Assembly: GCA_963851385.1 (NCBI GenBank)
Contig: CAWKPE010000019.1
Coordinates: 24,355-88,354, forward strand
Length of the DNA stretch: 64,000 nucleotides
Origin: an uncultured Bacteroidota bacterium
GTDB lineage: Bacteria; Bacteroidota; Bacteroidia; Bacteroidales; DTGW01
Direction: 5' to 3'
The notes under the pieces are model-generated. The model was not told where the DNA came from, did no database searches, and saw only the letters and a program-made list of their open reading frames with translations. This document shows positions 41,413 to 50,479 of the stretch, one piece after another (positions within the stretch are counted from its first letter, which is position 1; every line of letters begins with the position of its first letter). The position numbers were made by a program, and so were the translations under genes.

Positions 41413-41704
41413 CCTTTTGTCTTGACACAAAAGGTGACCAAAAAATCAATCCCGCCTTAGGCGGGATGAAGCTTCCACCCACGAGCTTTCGCACCCTCGC
41501 CAGATTTTCTGGCCAACGCACTTTCCGTTTCACGGAAATTAGAAGAGAATTCCTTATCGGCTGCGTGCTTTCCGAAATTTCGGGATGAGCAAAGGTGGCA
41601 GCCGAAACGAGTTCACTCAGCCAAGTCTTTTTACTCACTTCGTTCGTGAGATCGCTCCGCTAAGTTCTTTGGTTCATTTCTTTTTTGACGAAAAAAGAAA
41701 TGAA
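41413..41704. repeat. GC-enriched multi-hairpin element (candidate structured RNA or palindromic repeat element)
   Basis: The hairpins are 41413-41434 (8 bp), 41450-41466 (7 bp), 41523-41539 (6 bp), the palindrome 41572-41583, 41634-41650 (5 bp) and a perfect 14-bp stem at 41673-41704. The palindrome is enclosed by the long-range pair CGGCTGC 41558-64 / GCAGCCG 41598-604. The element sits in a 900-bp AT-rich intergenic gap. Confidence 0.6.
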
Positions 41705-42010
41705 TAATATTCTGATTATCTGTAACAAGTATGTTATCTTAGGTCGAACTTACAATAAATTCTTGAAATTCAATTAATAGTCACCCCTTAAAGTATTTTT
41801 TTAATTTCCTTCAATTGAAATCTTAATTATATCAAAATAAGATTGAGTTCGTATCAAAAATTTTTGACATTTATCTAACATTGTAATATTGTAAATCTGT
41901 TTATCAAAAATCAATTCTTAAAAAAACTAAAATAGACTTGTTTGGCTCATATTTTGCAGGTATTAGATTAACTTTTTGGCCTTCAAAAACCAAAATAAAA
42001 ATTAAAGATT

Positions 42011-42691
42011 ATGAAACGTACAAATTTAAATTTAGAACTGAGTGCATCATTAAAGTATATTAAAAAATTTGCTTTATTTATCATGATATTGCTAGCTTTG
42101 GAAATATCTACAATATCTAACGCAGATGCACAGAGACATGGCGGATTTGGCCATGGTGGATTTGGACACGGTGGATACTACGGATGGGGAGGCGGACCTT
42201 TTTGGCACTATTCATTTCTTCCCATTTGGGGAGCCTTTTATTGGTATTTGCCCTATGCTGCCGTAAGCTTTTATTATGCAGGACTTGACTATTATGCATG
42301 CGATGGTGTTTATTATCAGAATTTTGATGGAAAATATGAGATGGTTCCTGCCCCAATTGGATACAGGGTGAAAGAGCTTCCCAAGGGTACTGTACAATTC
42401 ACTTTCAACGGATTGCCATATTTTTATTACTATGGTACATTCTATAAACCCGTAGACAAAAAGTATGAGGTAGTGCCAGCACCTGTTGGTGTGGTAGTAG
42501 AAAATATTCCTGCCGGATATGAAAAGATCGAGATTGGCGGTCAAACTTATTATACCGTAAATGGCATTCAGTTCAAACCGGTAATCAGGAATAACGAAAT
42601 ATGGTACCAGGTAATTAAAAGTAATGGAAATGCACCTGTACCTTCTTCACCTTCGCAGCAGGAGCAAAATCCTAAAGATAGCATCAATTGA
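42011..42691 (+). CDS. secreted Gly/His/aromatic-rich repeat protein (DUF6515-like, tentative)
   Basis: It has a signal peptide, then HGGFGHGGFGHGGYYGWGGG. Two internal repeats of the type Y..(F/V)DGKYEMVPAPIGYRV / VDKKYEVVPAPVGVVV follow. Confidence 0.65.
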   Translation: MKRTNLNLELSASLKYIKKFALFIMILLALEISTISNADAQRHGGFGHGGFGHGGYYGWGGGPFWHYSFLPIWGAFYWYLPYAAVSFYYAGLDYYACDGVYYQNFDGKYEMVPAPIGYRVKELPKGTVQFTFNGLPYFYYYGTFYKPVDKKYEVVPAPVGVVVENIPAGYEKIEIGGQTYYTVNGIQFKPVIRNNEIWYQVIKSNGNAPVPSSPSQQEQNPKDSIN

Positions 42692-42834
42692 ATTTGAATA
42701 ATATCCAACAAATAAACCAAAAAATGGCAAGAATTTAGTTTCTTGTCATTTTTTGGTTTACGATTAAATATATAACTTGTCATATAATCTGTTATAAATT
42801 CTTAGACTTCCTTATTATCAAAAAATAATAGAGA

Positions 42835-45330
42835 ATGAGAACCATACTAATTTTAATCATTACTGTAATTTTCACGTTAGATTCCGGAATGATTCTTGCT
42901 CAAGTGCAAGGATGGGGCGGCAATCAGAGTAATATGCCAAAAGATGCTAAAATTACCGGAACCATTGTTGACGAGAGTAATGGACAGCATGTTCCATATG
43001 CCGTTGTTGCTATTTACAGGGCAAAGGATTCCTCTTTAGTTACCGGGGTAATGAGCAATGATGATGGAAGTTTTACTATTCAGGAACTTCCATACGGTAA
43101 GTTTTTTATCTTAGTAACTTCAATAGGATATAAAAAGCATAAATATAATAATGTAATTCTTACCCCTGCCCAGAAAGTTGCAAGCATAGGTACTATAAAA
43201 GTAAATCCATCAGCCACATCGCTTAATGAAGTAAAAGTAGTAGGAACAGCGCCTCCTATACTTTATCAGATTGATAAAAAAGTTATCAATATTGAACAAA
43301 ACGTCACAGCTTCTGGAGGTACATTAGCAGATGCTCTTCAAAATGCACCATCTGTTCAAACAGATGTACAAGGAAATATTACGCTGCGTGGAAGTTCAAA
43401 CTTCACTGTCCTGGTTGATGGCAGGCCTTCTCCCATTGAAGGAAGCGAAGCTTTGCAACAAATTCCCGCGAGCCTAGTACAAAATGTTGAAATCATTACC
43501 AACCCTTCGGCAAAATACGATGCTGAAGGAAGTGCAGGAATTATCAATATTATCATGAAAAAACAAAAAGTTCAGGGTGAAAGCGGAATGGTTAATGTTA
43601 CTGCAGGAAACGGTAATAAATACAGTGCCAATCTAAATCTGAACTATAAGATATCGAAATTTAATTTTACACTTGGTGGCGATTTTACTGACATGAAATC
43701 TGTTGTTAAAAACAACATGAGCAACACAGATACATTGAAACAGCAAACTATAAAAAATCAGGAAATCAACGGTAATGGGAATTTTCACCGTCAGGGTATG
43801 GGACTTAACGCAGGAATTGATTATGCCATTGATGATAAAAATTCTTTGACATTAACTGGCAGTATAGGTAGTAGAACTTTTAGTCGCCCTTTAAATTCAA
43901 ACTATCACGATGTATATGATACTATCTCAAAGCCACCCGCCAATATTTATTATCTTAACAGCACTAATCCCGAGCTTAAAAGAAGTTATGGAACTCTAAA
44001 CCTCGATTACCTTTTAAAATTAGATAGTGCAGGACAACAACTTTCTGCCTCGGTTTATTTTTTAGCGGGACCAAATGATAATATAAGTAGTCTTGAGGAA
44101 GATACTACTGATGCAAACTGGAATTCATTAGGAAAAGCAAAAATTAACCAACAAACGTCACAAAACATCAATGGCACTGATTTACGCACCAAGGCTGATT
44201 ATACATTGCCCGTTAGCACCAAAGGCAAACTTGAAGCCGGTTACCAGGGTAGGTATTCTAATAGCACTGGTGAATATATTTTAAAAAATTATGTAGGGGA
44301 TGCATGGGTTGAAGATACTTCTCAAAGAGATAATTTTACCTTTAAAGATCAGATTCAGGCCAGTTATGTTACTTTTTCAAATTCAATGTTTCTTTTTGAT
44401 TATCAGCTTGGGTTACGCTCTGAATATGAAGACCGAATACTAAACCAGGAAATACTAAATAAGGAATACAAGGTCAATCGCATCGATTTTTTCCCGACCA
44501 TTCATTTGACCAGGCAATTACCCTGGGATTTTCAAATACAAGCCAGTTATACACGCCGTATAAACCGTCCACAACAGTGGAAAATTGATCCATTTGTTAT
44601 ACATCTCGACCCACAAACAATACAACACGGATATCCCGGCTTGTTACCTGAATTTGCTAATTCTTATGAATTGAACCTTGAGAAAAAATTAACTGAAACG
44701 TCATTCATTTCTATAGAAGGTTATTTGAGACAGACTTCAAATTTGATTCAGCAAATCAGTACTTTTGATCAAAGCACACAGATTACTACCAATACTTTTG
44801 CAAACATAGACCATGATCGTGCCATGGGTTCTGAGTTTATGACGTACCTGGAACCAGTAAAGTGGTTTAATCTGAACTGCTCTTTCAATGTCTACAATTA
44901 TCATATGTTTGGAACCCCCATTCCCACTGTTGCCAACAACATAAATACGTGGAATATCCGCGTTAATCCTACTTTTCGCGTAAGCAGGCATACGACCGTC
45001 CAGGCAAGTTACGCATATAATGCCCCTACCATAACTGCACAAGGTTCTCGTTCCGCTTACTATTTTTCAACAGTAGGTATCAAGCAGAGTTTATTCAAAC
45101 AAAAGGGCAGCCTGACCTTACAGGTTCGTGATTTGGTTGGACATACTAATTACATTACCACAACTGAAAGTCCGCACCAATACAAATACAGTAACTTCCA
45201 ACGCGAATCCCAGGTTTTTCTGTTAACATTTAGTTACCGTATCAACAATTACAAGGTTAAACAAAATAAAAAACAAAATCAGGATACGAATAGTGATAAC
45301 AATGAAGAAGACATGGAACAGGGATTTTAA
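42835..45330 (+). CDS. TonB-dependent receptor-like outer-membrane beta-barrel protein
   Basis: 831 aa with a signal peptide. CarboxypepD_reg segment GTIVDESNGQHVPYAVVAIY...DDGSFTIQELPYGKF. Plug segment ITLRGSSNFTVLVDGRPS. A long beta-rich C-terminus ends in an aromatic-rich strand before a charged tail. Confidence 0.75.
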   Translation: MRTILILIITVIFTLDSGMILAQVQGWGGNQSNMPKDAKITGTIVDESNGQHVPYAVVAIYRAKDSSLVTGVMSNDDGSFTIQELPYGKFFILVTSIGYKKHKYNNVILTPAQKVASIGTIKVNPSATSLNEVKVVGTAPPILYQIDKKVINIEQNVTASGGTLADALQNAPSVQTDVQGNITLRGSSNFTVLVDGRPSPIEGSEALQQIPASLVQNVEIITNPSAKYDAEGSAGIINIIMKKQKVQGESGMVNVTAGNGNKYSANLNLNYKISKFNFTLGGDFTDMKSVVKNNMSNTDTLKQQTIKNQEINGNGNFHRQGMGLNAGIDYAIDDKNSLTLTGSIGSRTFSRPLNSNYHDVYDTISKPPANIYYLNSTNPELKRSYGTLNLDYLLKLDSAGQQLSASVYFLAGPNDNISSLEEDTTDANWNSLGKAKINQQTSQNINGTDLRTKADYTLPVSTKGKLEAGYQGRYSNSTGEYILKNYVGDAWVEDTSQRDNFTFKDQIQASYVTFSNSMFLFDYQLGLRSEYEDRILNQEILNKEYKVNRIDFFPTIHLTRQLPWDFQIQASYTRRINRPQQWKIDPFVIHLDPQTIQHGYPGLLPEFANSYELNLEKKLTETSFISIEGYLRQTSNLIQQISTFDQSTQITTNTFANIDHDRAMGSEFMTYLEPVKWFNLNCSFNVYNYHMFGTPIPTVANNINTWNIRVNPTFRVSRHTTVQASYAYNAPTITAQGSRSAYYFSTVGIKQSLFKQKGSLTLQVRDLVGHTNYITTTESPHQYKYSNFQRESQVFLLTFSYRINNYKVKQNKKQNQDTNSDNNEEDMEQGF

Positions 45331-45408
45331 ATTTCTCTTGGAATAATATTGATCATTGATATTTTTTTAACAGCGAATTTACGATTGAATTACTTGTTCA
45401 TGATGTTA

Positions 45409-47113
45409 TTATTTTAAGGGAATGGTAAAATTAAATTCACTTCCTTTTCCTTCAATACTTTCAATCAAAATTTTTCCACCGTGTTTTTCAATAAATTCTT
45501 TACATAATAATAGTCCCAACCCTGTTCCCTTCTCATTAGCAGTACCAGGATTAGTATATTTAATGTCGATCCTGAAAAGCTTGTCTAAATCATTTTTCGG
45601 TATTCCAACTCCAGTATCTTTTACTGTTAATATTAAATCATTACTGTTCACCTGTGCGCTTACCGAAACTGCACCACCTCTGTGAGTGAATTTCAGCGCA
45701 TTGTTCAACAGGTTTCGCAGTATGGTATTTAACATATCTTTATCTGCAAATGCTTTTAAATCATTTGAAATGTCAGAGAATAATTTTATCTCTTTATGAT
45801 TTGCAAGCATTTTCACATTGGTCAGGTTTTGGGCTACCAAATTTGCTACATTTACTTCTTGAGGATTATATGCCAAATTACCTGTTTGCGATTTTGACCA
45901 TTCTAATAAATTTTCAAGCAAACTATATCCCTGTTTGGCAGCTTCATTTAATAACTTGCCAAATTTTTTGATACTTTCTAGGTCATATTGATATATATCG
46001 TTAGATAATACTTCAGAAGCTCCAAGCAGGCTGGCAAACGGATTTTTCATATCGTGGGCAATAATTCCGAAAAATTTATCTTTTGTGGCATTGAGGTTTT
46101 TAAGATCCTCAGCATATTTTTTTAATTGTTGTTCAGCAATTTTTTGTTCTGTGATGTCTTGAATTAACAGATAATAAGCAACAACTTTCCCTTTAAATCT
46201 GAATGAGGAATATAATAAAGATTAAGAAAATGATGCTGTCCATTTGGATAATAAAAAGTGCTTTCATAAAACACCGTTTCGCCTGCTAAAACTTTTTGTA
46301 TACTATTAAAAGCGTTTTCAAAGTCTTGTTTGGGTATTATTTCAAATACTTTTTTACCTATAATTTCTTCTTTGCTTTTTTCATATCTGTTGGCAAATTT
46401 CTGATTGACGAATAAGTATTTAAGATCTTTATCTATATAAGCAATATTCACTGGAATATTGTCAGTAATTAAGCGTCAATTGTTTTTCGTTTTCAATAAT
46501 TTTATTTACAATCGGGTTTGAAATTCTTACAAAGAAGAAGTATTCCGATAAAAACCAATATTATGGCTGATAATAAGGCGTAAATACCAGCTTTATAAAA
46601 TGGTTCATTCATTTCAGCGATATTGATTTTTGTGACAATTCCCCAATGAAGTTCCGGAATATAATCACAAAATGCCAAGACCTTATTTCTACTGTAATCT
46701 AATCCCATAATAAAACCAGTATGTTTTAATAAGGCATGCTGTATAGGAATACCAATTTTTGATTTTAATGGAACTGGCTTGGGATTGGAAAAATCATAAT
46801 ATAAGTGATCTAACAGAAAAAAAACAGTGTCGTTTTTCAAATACCCGATAATAAATTCACCTGTTTTTCCTAAAACATTGTTGAATTTTTGTTGGTTCTT
46901 TAAAAATCGCAAAATGTTTTTTTCATCTTTAGTTTCTTTATATAATGATTTGATAGTGCCTATTTGGTTTTCAGATAATTCTTTTAAATATTCCTTTTTT
47001 TCATTTAATACTACGTTGTATAAAATCATTAGTGATTTTCCGGTTGCGATTAGCGCAACCAAAATCATAATAATCAATAATTGAAAAGTGCCTTTTCTAT
47101 CTGATATTTTCAT
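45409..47113 (-). pseudogene. sensor histidine kinase (TM, Cache-like sensor, TM, PAS, HisKA, HATPase_c), three frameshifts
   Basis: It is split into three ORFs: 46502-47113 (two TM helices flanking a sensor domain), 46164-46451 (PAS: NIAYIDKDLKYLFVNQKF) and 45409-46050 (HATPase N, G1 and G2 boxes). The H-box FFGIIAHDMKNP lies in the last frame upstream of its first ATG. Linking peptides (ISNPIVNKIIENEKQL; KGKVVAYYLLIQDITEQK) appear in other frames. Confidence 0.75.
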
Positions 47114-47481
47114 TGAATGCTTTAAATGGTTATTTCAAATTTAAAATTATTTGCAAAATTTCTGAGTCCAAAAAAACTTATCATATAAGTAATTTTTTCT
47201 TTAACATAACTTAAAAAATTTTATAATATTTTAAATTAGAAATGAAAATTAATCAACGAGAGTTCAGTACAAATAATAAGGACTAATGCTTTTATTTATG
47301 TAAGTTACATTAATGTTCTCTCTTTTTCAAATTTTCTTTATCCCTAATTTAAAACTAATTTCATCTATGTTTTAAAGAGGAAAATTTTTAATACTGATTT
47401 TTAGCATTATTTAACGCAGGCAAACACACTAAAATTGGCAATTACGAGTCTAATTACCATTATGAACTAATATGTAAAAAA

Positions 47482-47751
47482 ATGAACCCGACAAACATGT
47501 TAGAATTGCAAGAACTTGTATTAGAAAATTTGTATGAAAATAATTTATTATTTGAGAAAGAGCTCAGAAAAGCATTCAAATGGCTTGGACATGAAGATTT
47601 ATTTATCTTGTATAACTGGGCTATGGAAAAATTCAATGAAAGATGCCGCGATATAATTGATCGCGTGTATTCAGGTTTTGATTTTCAGAATTCAAATCCA
47701 TTAAACCGTAATAGTCAAAATCAGTCCCTATGGCAGGCGAGTATTGTTTGA
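47482..47751 (+). CDS. small hypothetical protein
   Basis: 89-aa ORF with an ATG start and no recognisable motif. Confidence 0.4.
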   Translation: MNPTNMLELQELVLENLYENNLLFEKELRKAFKWLGHEDLFILYNWAMEKFNERCRDIIDRVYSGFDFQNSNPLNRNSQNQSLWQASIV

Positions 47752-48031
47752 AATAAAATAACCATAAGGATTTGCAATATCCCTTCGCATATTTTTGTCT
47801 AATAAATTGTAAATTATTTTGAAATTAAAATCAAACATATTGCTATGTTGATACGTATTTACTCGGGTGAGAAAGGAATTTTGCTTTTATTTTTTTGAAT
47901 GTTTTTATTATTCCAAAATTAATAGAAGTGTTTCACGGGATTTTATTCTTGATGTTATTTAAAAACAATTATTAATTTTTAATAAATGCATTTAAAAATA
48001 CTTCGTGAGAATTAAAAAAAGATACTTCAAA

Positions 48032-50173
48032 ATGATAAAAACAATAAAATATTTTCTTTTCGGATTGACATTTAGCTTTTGTCACTTGATTTCCTATGGA
48101 CAACAAAGTAATATTGATTCACTCTTATCCCTTTTAAAAAAGGCAAAACAAGATACGCTTAAAATAAGATTACGAGCAGAAATTGGTGAAGAGATACCTA
48201 TACTCAGAATTTCTTATTGGGATAGTATTAAAGTAGATGCTGAAAAATGGAATTTAAAAAAAAATATTGCTGAGGCACTTAATAATATTGGCTTTGTCAA
48301 CGATAATCAGGGTGACATTTCAAAAGCATTAGAATATTATGATGAAGGATTGAAGATGCGCGAAGAAATTGGAGATAAGCATGGAATAGCAGAATCATTG
48401 AACAATATCGCGATCATATTTGAGAAACATGGTGATATTCCTCATGCATTGGAATATCACTACAAAGGACTCAAAGTACAGGAAGAGATAAATGACAAGC
48501 AGGGTGTTTCCCTATCATTAAATAATATCGGCCATATTTACGAGTACCAGGGTGATATTCTAAATGCCTTAGAGTACTATCAGAAAAGTTTGAAAATAGG
48601 TGAAGAACTCAATAATAAAGATCGAATTGCAACCGAGCTGAACAATATTGGTTTGGTATATCATAACCAGGCTCAACAAAGCGCTATATCAAAGAATGCC
48701 GGAACAGATTCATTATATAATAAATCAATGGAATACTTCATCAGGAGTTTGAAATTGTTCAAAGAACTTAATGATAAAGAAGCAATCGCTACTTTGTTAC
48801 AAAACATAGGAAATATTTATCAAGATAAGAACGAATATTCCACTGCAATGGAATATTTCAATAATGGTTTAATCATTAGAAAAGAAATAAATGACAAGCG
48901 GGGTATTGCTTATTCATTATATTACATGGGAAGAATTTATCTGGATAAAAAAAAATTTACCAAAGCTCTTATATATGAGAAAGATGCGCTGGTCATTGCA
49001 AACGAATTGGGCTATCCCATGGATATTAGCAATATAGCGAATATATTATCGGAAATTTATCAGGCACAAAATAAATGGCAGGATGCTTTTAAGATGCAAT
49101 ATCTTTATTTTTTAATGAAGGACAGTATTGATAACGAAAATACTCGAAAAGCATCAATAAAGAAACAATTTCAGTATGAATATGAGAAAAAAGAAACCAT
49201 ATTAAAAGCTGAACAGGAAAAAGAACGTGCAATAGCAGAAGAAAGAAGCAGAAAACAAAAAATTATTATCTGGTCATTTATTATTGGCTTCATATTAGTA
49301 GTAGTATTTGCAGGTCTTATATTCCGCTCATTGCGTATTACCCGTAAACAAAAACAGGTAATTGAAATCAAGAACAAGGAAACCGAGTTACAGAAAAAAA
49401 TTATTGAAGTTAAAAACAAAGACATTACCGACAGTATTAATTACGCCAAACGAATACAACAGGCAAAACTTCCTAAAAAAGAAGAAATTTATTCTTCGTT
49501 CCCGCAAAGTTTTGTACTTTTTAAACCAAAAGACATTGTAAGTGGTGACTTTTATTTCTTTCGTAAAATCAGTCAATCAATTTTCATTGCTGTAGCCGAT
49601 TGCACGGGTCACGGAGTGCCCGGAGCATTTATGAGTATGATTTGTTCCGAAAAATTAGAAGATGCCGTTTCCCTAAGCTCAGACACATCTGAAATTCTAA
49701 AGCTATTGAACAATGGCATTAAAAATTCATTACACCAATCGAACAGTGATGAATCAACCCGTGACGGAATGGACATTGCCCTTTGCCGTATAGATACTGT
49801 AAATCGTATCGTGCAATATGCTGGTGCTAACAGACCGTTTTGGTTTGTTCGCAAAGGACAGAAAGTTATTGAAGAAATTCAGGCAACTAAACAAGCAATC
49901 GGCGGTTTCACGGAGGATAACCAAAATTACGACACACATGAAATAAAAATACAGCAGGGCGATACATTTTATATTTTCTCTGATGGCTATTCAGACACAT
50001 TTGGCGGACAAGAAGGGAAAAAACTGACTATAAAAAAATTTAAACAAATACTTCTCGATATTCAGAACAGGACAATGCAGGAACAAGAAAAACATTTAGA
50101 CGACTTTATAGAAAACTGGAAAGCAGATATAGAACAAGTTGACGATATTTTAATAATCGGAGTACGTCTATGA
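48032..50173 (+). CDS. TPR-repeat, single-TM, SpoIIE/PP2C-type serine phosphatase
   Basis: The track ORF starts at GTG 48005. ATG at 48032 gives a signal-like N-terminus. It has about 8 TPR units (LNNIG.......A.EYY), a TM helix (IIIWSFIIGFILVVVFAGLIF), then a SpoIIE domain (VSGDFYFF...DCTGHGVPGAF...DGMD...FSDGY). Confidence 0.8.
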   Translation: MIKTIKYFLFGLTFSFCHLISYGQQSNIDSLLSLLKKAKQDTLKIRLRAEIGEEIPILRISYWDSIKVDAEKWNLKKNIAEALNNIGFVNDNQGDISKALEYYDEGLKMREEIGDKHGIAESLNNIAIIFEKHGDIPHALEYHYKGLKVQEEINDKQGVSLSLNNIGHIYEYQGDILNALEYYQKSLKIGEELNNKDRIATELNNIGLVYHNQAQQSAISKNAGTDSLYNKSMEYFIRSLKLFKELNDKEAIATLLQNIGNIYQDKNEYSTAMEYFNNGLIIRKEINDKRGIAYSLYYMGRIYLDKKKFTKALIYEKDALVIANELGYPMDISNIANILSEIYQAQNKWQDAFKMQYLYFLMKDSIDNENTRKASIKKQFQYEYEKKETILKAEQEKERAIAEERSRKQKIIIWSFIIGFILVVVFAGLIFRSLRITRKQKQVIEIKNKETELQKKIIEVKNKDITDSINYAKRIQQAKLPKKEEIYSSFPQSFVLFKPKDIVSGDFYFFRKISQSIFIAVADCTGHGVPGAFMSMICSEKLEDAVSLSSDTSEILKLLNNGIKNSLHQSNSDESTRDGMDIALCRIDTVNRIVQYAGANRPFWFVRKGQKVIEEIQATKQAIGGFTEDNQNYDTHEIKIQQGDTFYIFSDGYSDTFGGQEGKKLTIKKFKQILLDIQNRTMQEQEKHLDDFIENWKADIEQVDDILIIGVRL

Positions 50174-50402
50174 AAACGAATATATGATGCCCATTTCCTA
50201 AAACCTTCGTCTTATTAAAATATAAGTTTTATTAAACGACTGTTTGATAAGACCTTTTTTTCATCAATGATTTGCCGTAATATTGTCTTATAAATCCCAA
50301 GTCTTTTGGACATGATTATGTTTGATTGGCTTTGTCATTCTGTTCCAATTGCATCTATTATTGCAGTTTGCTAAAAAAAGAATTTGCGGTAGCGCAACTA
50401 TA

Positions 50403-50430
50403 TTGAGAGAAAAGTCACATACTATATTTG
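50403..50430 (+). promoter_or_regulatory. candidate Bacteroidota promoter (TTG ... TATATTTG)
   Basis: TATATTTG at 50423-50430 matches TAnnTTTG. A TTG lies at 50403-50405, about 17 nt upstream. It sits 50 nt upstream of the receptor start codon. Confidence 0.4.
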
Positions 50431-50479
50431 CAGATAATAAAAATAAGCAAATTCTTTATTAATAAATATTGGTTTAAGT

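Noticed and set aside
41584-41609. Hammerhead-ribozyme-like core (GAUGAG ... CGAAAC) inside the GC-rich element
   Set aside because: The upstream bases are GGGAUGAG rather than CUGAUGAG. The 15 nt between the two boxes do not form a stem II. I could not build stems I and III or find a proper cleavage triplet. The resemblance is most likely chance.
41387-41638. 83-aa (minus) and 65-aa (plus) ORFs overlapping each other in the GC-rich element
   Set aside because: They are mutually overlapping, lie within palindromic sequence, have implausible compositions and lack start context. They are more likely by-products of GC-rich structured DNA.
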